Below are positions 58,232-64,000 of a DNA stretch of 64,000 bases, piece after piece. The notes under the pieces are model-generated. The model ran no database searches, was not told the DNA's origin, and worked only from the letters and a program-made list of their open reading frames with translations. Source of the DNA: a bacterium (GTDB lineage Bacteria > Patescibacteriota > Minisyncoccia > Phycocordibacterales > Phycocordibacteraceae); the NCBI GenBank assembly GCA_021778295.1, contig JAJYCP010000001.1, positions 2,390-66,389 of the forward strand. Direction: 5' to 3'. The translations under genes and the position numbers were made by a program. Each line of letters opens with the position of its first letter. Within the stretch, counting starts at the first letter, position 1.

Positions 58232-59209
58232 ATGAAAACCCGCACACTCGACCAGATTTATGCAGATCCGATTTTCCAGGCCCTGAATCCCGAAGGGAAG
58301 CAGTTCATGGGGGTGCGTTGGCTGCCGCCGAGACTGAATGCATTTGCGTCGCACGGTATTGAAGTCGCCGCCCTGATTCCGTTTGGAGCGTTCCCGCACA
58401 TCAAGACCGTTGCCGCGGTGGGGATGATGCTCGAGGATTTCAAGAATGGACTCTATCGGGACAAGGAGACCATCGTAGTCGATTCAAGCGGCAATACCGC
58501 TCACGCGGTTGCGCGTCTCGCCCATGCGTTTGGTTTCAAGGAGGTCAAGGTGGTGTTGTCCGTGGATGTTCCCGAGAGCAAGAAAGGAATTCTTGCCGCG
58601 CTCTCGTCCGTCGAGCTCATTGAAGTGGGCGGTGGCAAGAGCGTTGCGCGGCGAGCGGAAGAGGAGGCCCACAAACCCGGGCACTACCACCTCAACCAGT
58701 ACAGTCACTTGGGCAACATGCGGGCGCATGAACTCTATACCGGGCCCGAAATTCTGCGTGTGCTCGGTGATGATATTGCCGTTGTCGCCCTTGCGATGGG
58801 TTCGGGAGGCACCGCCGCCGGTGTCGGCCGGTTTCTGAAACAAGCGCATCCGGAAACAACGGTAGTGGGCGTTCGTCCCGTTCTCGGCGAGCAGGTGCCG
58901 GGAGCGCGCGATCGTAAAAGGATGGAGGACATCGTTACCATCCCCTGGGAAGCATCGGTTGATGACGTTGCTGAAGCCAGCCGAAAAGAGTCTTTTATCG
59001 GAATGCGGCAACTGTGGGGTGCGATCGAACCTCAGCCAGGCCCGACTTCAGGCCTTGCATGGGCCGGTCTCAAACGCTACCTCGAAAGTCTCGAGCCGGA
59101 AATGCTCGGGAAACTCAAAGGGAAACGTGTGGCATTCATGTGCCCCGACGACGGCCGTTTCTACTCGGAGCGGACGACCGGCGAACTCGATACCGGGCAG
59201 GGCATATAA
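58232..59209 (+). CDS. PLP-dependent beta-replacement enzyme (cysteine synthase/CBS fold-type II family)
   Basis: DSSGNTAHAVA, MGSGGTAAGVGRFLK (Gly-rich phosphate loop), HYHLNQY. Confidence 0.7.
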   Translation: MKTRTLDQIYADPIFQALNPEGKQFMGVRWLPPRLNAFASHGIEVAALIPFGAFPHIKTVAAVGMMLEDFKNGLYRDKETIVVDSSGNTAHAVARLAHAFGFKEVKVVLSVDVPESKKGILAALSSVELIEVGGGKSVARRAEEEAHKPGHYHLNQYSHLGNMRAHELYTGPEILRVLGDDIAVVALAMGSGGTAAGVGRFLKQAHPETTVVGVRPVLGEQVPGARDRKRMEDIVTIPWEASVDDVAEASRKESFIGMRQLWGAIEPQPGPTSGLAWAGLKRYLESLEPEMLGKLKGKRVAFMCPDDGRFYSERTTGELDTGQGI

Positions 59210-59219
59210 TCGCACCGAT

Positions 59220-59383
59220 GTTTTTTACTGGAATCGGCCAGAATGCCCCGACTGCTTTGCAGCGGGGATGAATGGCCGAAATAGAATTGTGTGCGGCGGA
59301 GGCCGCACATTGTCCAGCAAAACACCCTGGTAGCCGCCCGCCCAATGCCCCGTCAGCTTCGCTGCGGGGATGGGACGGGCGGC
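59220..59383 (+). repeat. Structured intergenic region holding hairpin-family copies B1 (59235-59278) and B2 (59333-59383) plus hairpin TGTGCGGC-ggag-GCCGCACA (59290-59309)
   Basis: B1: CGGCCA GAATG CCCCGaCTGC ttt GCAGCGGGG ATGAA TGGCCG. B2: GCCGCCCG cccAATG CCCCGtCAGC ttc GCTGCGGGG ATGgga CGGGCGGC. Flanked by GTTTTTTACTGGAATCGG (left) and GTGTTTTACGGAATCC (right). Confidence 0.75.
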
Positions 59384-59395
59384 GTGTTTTACGGA

Positions 59396-59423
59396 ATCCA
59401 GCCGCGTGCGGCTGGATTTTTTT
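59396..59423 (+). terminator. Rho-independent terminator about 50 nt upstream of the VIT-family gene
   Basis: ATCCAGCCGC-gt-GCGGCTGGAT followed by TTTTTT. Confidence 0.8.
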
Positions 59424-59472
59424 GCACAGTATCGAAATTCGGAGCGCAGAGTGCTACCATGCATACATCCGT

Positions 59473-59967
59473 ATGAAAATCTCCGCGCTCTATGTGCGCA
59501 CCATCGTTTTCGGCATCACTGACAGTCTCGTTTCCACCGTAGGGCTTCTCGCGGGCATTGATGTCGCGGGAGCGCCGCACAGGGTCCTCGCGCTCACCGG
59601 CATCGTGTACGCTTTTGTCGAAGCGTTCTCGATGGCGGTCGGCAATTTCCTTTCGGAGGAGTCGGCGGAAGAGTATGAGAAGAGAGCGGAGGTAAGCGAC
59701 GGCCTTCCCCTTCTTGCCGGCGGTGTCATGTTCGTCTCTTTCGTGCTCGCGGCTTTCATCCCGCTTGCCCCGTACTTCTTCCTCTCGACATGGACCGCTC
59801 TTGCCGTATCAATCGCTATCTCCGTTCTGACCCTCTTTTTAATGGGGATACTGAGCGCCAAGCTCGCGCATCTTCCGCTGTTGCGGCGCGGTGCCCGCAT
59901 GGCGCTTCTGGGCGGCTCCGCGATAGCTATCGGTGTACTCATCGGCGCGCTCGTCCCGATCGCGTAA
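59473..59967 (+). CDS. VIT1/CCC1-family membrane protein (membrane domain only)
   Basis: RTIVFGITDSLVSTVGLLAGI and AFSMAVGNFLSEES, with 4-5 TM helices. The in-frame ATG is at 59473 within ORF 59272..59967. Confidence 0.7.
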   Translation: MKISALYVRTIVFGITDSLVSTVGLLAGIDVAGAPHRVLALTGIVYAFVEAFSMAVGNFLSEESAEEYEKRAEVSDGLPLLAGGVMFVSFVLAAFIPLAPYFFLSTWTALAVSIAISVLTLFLMGILSAKLAHLPLLRRGARMALLGGSAIAIGVLIGALVPIA

Positions 59968-59971
59968 AGTA

Positions 59972-60000
59972 TTGACAACAAACCAGTGGTGTGCTAGTAT
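59972..60000 (+). promoter_or_regulatory. Near-consensus sigma-70 promoter TTGACA - 17 nt - TGcTAGTAT
   Basis: -35 at 59972-59977 and -10 at 59995-60000, giving a ~39-nt leader to the ATG at 60046. Confidence 0.65.
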
Positions 60001-60045
60001 CTCAAATAACGAGGCAGTTGCTTACTGTTTCGATAAAACAAATCA

Positions 60046-60597
60046 ATGCCTATTCTTGGAGCCCTTATGGGGTTTTTCTTTTTTCCCGGCGTGAGCGTGC
60101 CGGTGCCGGTCGCTACGCCTGTACCACCTGTGGCAGTGCAAACGTACGGAGTAACGCTCACCGCCTATAATGCCGTACCGGCGCAGACCGACAGCGACCC
60201 ATTTGTGACCGCCTCAGGCGCCTATTCAAATCCGGAGGTCGTGGCGGCGCGCTCGCGCGACCTCGCAAAAGAACTCCCGTTCGGCACCATCATCGAGATA
60301 CGAGGTCCCGCTTCGCCGGAGCACTCCTGCGGGTACGGCATCGTGGCGCCGATCATCGGCTACCGCGTCATCGCGGATACGATGAACGCGCGGTACACCG
60401 ACCGCATCGACATTCTCTTTAGTACGAAATCCGATTACGCTCTGGCAGACGGCAGTGTGAAAAATGCCGCACCGGTGCTCGGCGTGTGCGGCGGAGCGAG
60501 TATCCGCGTCGTCGGGCATGTAGACATACGCGATATCCCAAAAACGCAAGCCGGGCTCGCGGCCATCGCTCTAGGCAACACGTTCGCGCTCAAATAA
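60046..60597 (+). CDS. Secreted 3D-domain (MltA/RlpA-like double-psi barrel) protein
   Basis: Signal-like N-terminus. LTAYNAVPAQTDSDPFVTASG and FGTIIEI are typical of 3D domains. Confidence 0.75.
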   Translation: MPILGALMGFFFFPGVSVPVPVATPVPPVAVQTYGVTLTAYNAVPAQTDSDPFVTASGAYSNPEVVAARSRDLAKELPFGTIIEIRGPASPEHSCGYGIVAPIIGYRVIADTMNARYTDRIDILFSTKSDYALADGSVKNAAPVLGVCGGASIRVVGHVDIRDIPKTQAGLAAIALGNTFALK

Positions 60598-60629
60598 GGG
60601 GACGGCACAGCGGTTGCCAATCCGTCGTT

Positions 60630-60698
60630 CTACCTGATCGGCGTCCAATCATCCGCCACAGCCTTGTTAAACAACGCCACACTGACGGTATAGTTATC
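60630..60698 (-). pseudogene. Relic of the C-terminus of a family-2 glycosyltransferase paralog (inverted orientation)
   Basis: The minus-strand translation ...VSVALFNKAVADDWTPIR* matches the C-terminus of the 61372..62094 GT2 (ASVALFNKTIADDWTPIR*). The two copies use many different synonymous codons. Confidence 0.6.
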
Positions 60699-60756
60699 GG
60701 TCTGATAGTTGATTAGTACAACAGTGTCCTTTGATATACTAATGAATACGTTATCC

Positions 60757-61341
60757 ATGGCTTTCTTTGCCGCATTCATTGCGTTTCTCGAGGGTTCGAA
60801 ATATATTCTCATATTTTTTGGCTCTTTCTTCGAAGGCTCGGCGGTCATGATGGCCACCGGCCTTCTCTGGCATATCGGCGTTGTCGGATTCTGGCCCGCG
60901 TATCTCGCTCTTATGGCGGGCGACATTCTCTCGGATATCATGTGGTACGTTATCGGATATTTCGCCGCCCGCCCGTTTTTTTCTCGCTGGGGGTACCTTA
61001 TCAACGCTACGCCCGAAGTCATCGGGAAGATAGAACGCCGTTTCCATCGCTACCACACGCGGATCCTGGTCATTTCGAAGCTCACGATGGGGCTCGGGCT
61101 TGCGGCAGTCATCTTGACCGTTGCCGGCATGTTACGCGTGTCCTTCGTGCGGTATGTCACAATCAACGTGCTCGGGGGCATCATCTGGATTCTTTTCCTC
61201 ATGGGTATCGGTTACTACTTCGGCAACCTGCTGCAGTATGTGCCGAAAGATTTTCAGATCGCCATCGCCATCGCCATGCCGTTCGCTTTCTTCTTCGCGC
61301 TGAAGACGATCAATAAGAAGCTTGCGACGCTCGATTGGTAA
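60757..61341 (+). CDS. DedA-family membrane protein
   Basis: FLEGSKYILIFFGSFFEGSAVMMATGLL and VISKLTMGLG. TGaTATACT at 60732-60740 would place the TSS after the ATG at 60742, so the ATG at 60757 is preferred (alternatives at 60742 and 60709). Confidence 0.7.
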   Translation: MAFFAAFIAFLEGSKYILIFFGSFFEGSAVMMATGLLWHIGVVGFWPAYLALMAGDILSDIMWYVIGYFAARPFFSRWGYLINATPEVIGKIERRFHRYHTRILVISKLTMGLGLAAVILTVAGMLRVSFVRYVTINVLGGIIWILFLMGIGYYFGNLLQYVPKDFQIAIAIAMPFAFFFALKTINKKLATLDW

Positions 61342-61371
61342 AGAGTACACTCGTTGAAAACAATTCCACAC

Positions 61372-62094
61372 ATGCTGCTCTCCATCATCATCCCCACCCG
61401 CGAAGAAGAGAAAACTATCGCCGAGACCCTGCGCGAGCTGCGCGATGCGCTCCAGATACCGCACGAGGTCGTCGTCTCGGATGCTCGGAGCAAAGACCGT
61501 ACGGCCGAGATCGCGCGACAACACGCTCATGTAGTCGTCGTTTTTGAGGGCGGAAAGCACACCGCCGGCATTGGCAGAAACGACGGCGCGAAGGCGGCGC
61601 ATGGCGACTTTCTCGCTTTCATCGATGCCGATACGCGTATTCCGGATCCGAACGTTTTTTTCGAACGGGCGCTTGCACACTTTGAAAAAGATTCCGGTCT
61701 CGTCGGTGTGACCGGGCCGCAGTACGCCTTGCCGTCGGTCGAGACCTGGGCCGATCGCGCCTCTTTCGGCTTCTTGAACGCGCTTTTGCGTTTTCAGAAC
61801 AACATCCTCGGGAAAGGGGAGGCGTCAGGAAAGTTTATGCTCGTGCGCCGTGCCGCCTTCGAAAAAATCGGCGGTTTCCGCGAGGATCTCGTCACGCGCG
61901 AGGATGGCGATTTTTTCTATCGGCTCTCGAGGGTCGGCCGCACGTATTTCGACCCGAAGCTCAAGGTCTATCATGGCGCTCGCCGCGCGCACCGCATCGG
62001 CTGGGCACGGTTGTGGTTCATCTGGACCATAAACACGGCCAGCGTCGCGCTCTTCAACAAGACCATCGCCGACGACTGGACACCGATCCGCTGA
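61372..62094 (+). CDS. Family-2 glycosyltransferase
   Basis: MLLSIIIPTREEE and FIDADT (DxD). The ORF track starts at a TTG at 61354. Confidence 0.85.
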   Translation: MLLSIIIPTREEEKTIAETLRELRDALQIPHEVVVSDARSKDRTAEIARQHAHVVVVFEGGKHTAGIGRNDGAKAAHGDFLAFIDADTRIPDPNVFFERALAHFEKDSGLVGVTGPQYALPSVETWADRASFGFLNALLRFQNNILGKGEASGKFMLVRRAAFEKIGGFREDLVTREDGDFFYRLSRVGRTYFDPKLKVYHGARRAHRIGWARLWFIWTINTASVALFNKTIADDWTPIR

Positions 62095-62129
62095 TGCGCG
62101 CTCTGCAGCGAGCCCCCGGGAAGTAAAAC

Positions 62130-62159
62130 TTGACTTGTCTAGTATATATGATATACTAG
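62130..62159 (+). promoter_or_regulatory. Promoter TTGACT - 16 nt - TGaTATACT overlapped by the 21-nt palindrome CTAGTATAT-atg-ATATACTAG (62139-62159)
   Basis: -35 at 62130-62135 and -10 at 62152-62157. A ~115-nt leader runs to the GTG start at 62279 (RBS AAGGAGG). Confidence 0.55.
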
Positions 62160-62278
62160 TTTTCAGGTATATGCGGGTTCTTTGTATGTGCCATGCGTAC
62201 CGTATTCACAGAGAGAACAGTATCTAGCTTAGGTAATACGCGCTCATTCATCGGTTCAACCAACGAAGGAGGCATGTC

Positions 62279-62881
62279 GTGGACTGGAAAACGTTCTGGA
62301 CGATTCTCGTTGTCGGGGTTGGGCTCGTCGTCGTGCAGGGACTCTCCGCGCACTTCGACAATCGCTTTTCCCGAAGGGAGCTCGACAAAGCAGGGATCAC
62401 CAATAGCTGGTCGTTCCTGCAACACGGCGGCATGTGGGCGGATGTGTTCATCATCTCGCCTATCGTCGCCTACGCGCTCAGCAAGTACCAGCTCGATATT
62501 TACTCATGGTGGGGCATCGGTACGTTCATCGTCAGCATCGTGCTCACGCTCGCCATGATCGAATTCTACCGGCGCAGGGGCATCGCAATGGGCGACCATT
62601 GCACGCACGACGGCAAAACGACATTCGCCGGGTGGATTCACGGGCTGTATGCACTCGCGGCGATCTGGGTGTGTCTCGAAATCTATCTCGAGCTCATAGC
62701 TCCGGTTGTTTCGAAGCAGGACATCGTAATCTTCTCGCTCTTGCTGACGCCGTTCTTCTATCTCGGCGTCGCGAAGTTCAGCGAACGGTGGGTCTTCAGC
62801 GCGCAAGACAAGTGGCAAGTCGTCGCATTGACTATCGGTGTTTGGGCTATCGCCGTCATTCGGCTCGTGCGAGCAATGTAG
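62279..62881 (+). CDS. Polytopic membrane protein, hypothetical
   Basis: GTG start 6 nt after AAGGAGG. Five or six TM helices. Confidence 0.6.
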   Translation: MDWKTFWTILVVGVGLVVVQGLSAHFDNRFSRRELDKAGITNSWSFLQHGGMWADVFIISPIVAYALSKYQLDIYSWWGIGTFIVSIVLTLAMIEFYRRRGIAMGDHCTHDGKTTFAGWIHGLYALAAIWVCLEIYLELIAPVVSKQDIVIFSLLLTPFFYLGVAKFSERWVFSAQDKWQVVALTIGVWAIAVIRLVRAM

Positions 62882-62930
62882 TGTTCAGCACACAACATCA
62901 GCATGCTGGCGGCAAAGTTTCAAAGAGCTC

Positions 62931-62962
62931 GGGCTCGCACTTCGGTGCGGGCCCGTTTTTTT
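62931..62962 (+). terminator. Rho-independent terminator
   Basis: GGGCTCGCAC-ttcg-GTGCGGGCCC followed by GTTTTTTT. Confidence 0.85.
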
Positions 62963-63047
62963 GAAAAATAATTTTGTTTTTGATTCGAGCAAACTGGCTT
63001 TTCCACACATGAGCAGTGACCTGACCACGAAAATTAAATACAAATTA

Positions 63048-63085
63048 GCCGCGCAGGCATCACGCGCGCGGCCTCCTTTCTTTAT
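63048..63085 (+). terminator. Second terminator-like hairpin, ~90 nt downstream of the first
   Basis: GCCGCGC-11 nt-GCGCGGC followed by CTCCTTTCTTTATTT. Confidence 0.45.
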
Positions 63086-63114
63086 TTGCATTTTGTGCGA
63101 TTATAGACTCGTCT

Positions 63115-63873
63115 ATGCGCATCAGTATCGTTATTCCGGCTTATAACGAGGAACAGCGATTACCCGCGTGCCTTCGGGCGGTTGAGTATGAACTACATCG
63201 CACGCCATGTGACGCCGAAGTCATCGTCGTCAACAACGCAAGTACCGACCATACGGGCGAAGTAGCGCGAAGTTACTCGTGGGTGCGTGTGGTCGACGAG
63301 CCGAGGAAAGGGCTCGTGCGCGCCCGAGCTGCAGGGCTCGCAGCGGCCACCGGCGAGCTCATTGCGAACGTCGATTCCGATACGATGCTGCCGGAGGGCT
63401 GGCTCGCCACCGTGCTTGCAGAGTTTGCGCGAGATGAAAAGCTTGCGGCGCTCAGCGGGCCGTTCATTTATTACGATTTGCCGCTGTTTCAGCGCTCGCT
63501 CGTGCGAGTTTTCTATTTCTTCGGATATCTGTCGCATCTCGTAAACCAGTATGTATTCCGTACAGGCGCGATGCTACAGGGCGGGAACTTTATCGTGCGC
63601 AGGACGTACCTCGAACGCGCCGGCGGATTTGATACTTCAATTGAGTTTTATGGCGAGGATACCGATGTGGCGCGGCGCATCAGCAAGGTGGGGAAGGTGA
63701 AATGGACATTCCGGCTCCCGATGTACGCTTCCGGCCGGCGTCTCGCAAAGGAAGGCATCGTCACGATGGGCGCGCGCTATGCGGCAAATTATCTTCATAC
63801 GCTCGTGCGCGGCAAGCCGCTCACCGTGGCCTACACCGATATCCGTGATACCATCATCGCACAGAAAGATTAG
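63115..63873 (+). CDS. Family-2 glycosyltransferase
   Basis: MRISIVIPAYNEE and NVDSDT (DxD). A TATAGA -10 lies 7 nt upstream of the ATG. Confidence 0.85.
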   Translation: MRISIVIPAYNEEQRLPACLRAVEYELHRTPCDAEVIVVNNASTDHTGEVARSYSWVRVVDEPRKGLVRARAAGLAAATGELIANVDSDTMLPEGWLATVLAEFARDEKLAALSGPFIYYDLPLFQRSLVRVFYFFGYLSHLVNQYVFRTGAMLQGGNFIVRRTYLERAGGFDTSIEFYGEDTDVARRISKVGKVKWTFRLPMYASGRRLAKEGIVTMGARYAANYLHTLVRGKPLTVAYTDIRDTIIAQKD

Positions 63874-63913
63874 TGTTCGCAGAGCGCTACATTACTCATT
63901 ACATATTAAAAAC

Positions 63914-64000
63914 ATGAAAGGGTTTTTAACGAACATTGAACAAGCGACGAAAGAAAATGCCGATTATCGGCGTGTCCTCTATACCGCAAGACATAGCCAA
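63914..64000 (+). CDS. Cupin-domain protein, N-terminal fragment (runs off the window)
   Basis: MKGFLTNIEQATKENADYRRVLYTARHSQ resembles the N-terminus of small cupin_2 proteins. Confidence 0.5.
   Translation, partial: MKGFLTNIEQATKENADYRRVLYTARHSQ

Noticed and set aside
59220-59400. CRISPR-like reading of the GTTTT(T)AC(T)GGAATC direct repeats (also at 34148).
   Set aside because: There are only two or three copies with irregular spacing. The intervening sequences are themselves related hairpins rather than unique spacers. There are no cas genes in the window.

Overview
GC-rich, densely packed bacterial chromosomal window with about 60 supportable protein genes, no rRNA or tRNA, and no CRISPR array, transposase or integrase. 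The gene style suggests a reduced-genome, probably monoderm, CPR/Parcubacteria-like organism (inference only). The cues are a short ThrRS and RpoB, an L32 starting MSIRMRHTRGHT, a NusB-Nudix fusion, a hinge-less short SMC, a sortase, and many small N-anchored secreted proteins.

Core informational genes: gyrB (3' part), thrS, dnaE, rnhB, rpmF, nusB-Nudix, rnc, smc, rnr, rpsP, a KH protein, trmD, rpoB, rpoC, dnaG, rpoD, a UvrD-type helicase fused to a Cas4-like nuclease, hisS, prmC and a Pif1-like helicase.

Accessory and envelope islands:
- 1.1-6.1 kb: a sortase flanked by a CARDB-like protein, a Cys-rich secreted protein, and an 820-aa protein with a poly-Pro stalk and five Ig-like modules carrying an IPYTG sorting-like motif.
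- 38.5-40.7 kb: a three-gene module with a CsgG-like lipoprotein and two secreted Asn/Thr/Gly/Ala-rich proteins. It has its own promoters, 5' UTR hairpins and terminator. This is my best candidate for an undescribed system: a curli/T8SS-like apparatus in a cell that appears to lack an outer membrane.
- 41.3-45.6 kb: a MacAB/HlyD-type efflux operon.
- 53.8-57.7 kb: a HAD hydrolase plus three GH130-like modules.
- 60-64 kb: a glycosyltransferase/DedA envelope cluster.

Non-coding signals not explained by genes:
- a 0.5-kb non-coding-looking region with its own terminator upstream of rpmF (candidate housekeeping RNA);
- three copies of an AT-only palindrome, TTAAATGTT-N-AACATTTAA, at convergent gene ends;
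- a three-copy conserved hairpin family at 34.15 kb and 59.2-59.4 kb;
- a perfect 44-bp palindrome over the sortase stop codon;
- a 111-nt extended hairpin at 49.6 kb;
- a recurrent -10 box 6-8 nt upstream of ATG at nine genes, implying leaderless mRNAs.

All protein family calls come from motif recognition by eye. No database search was run.
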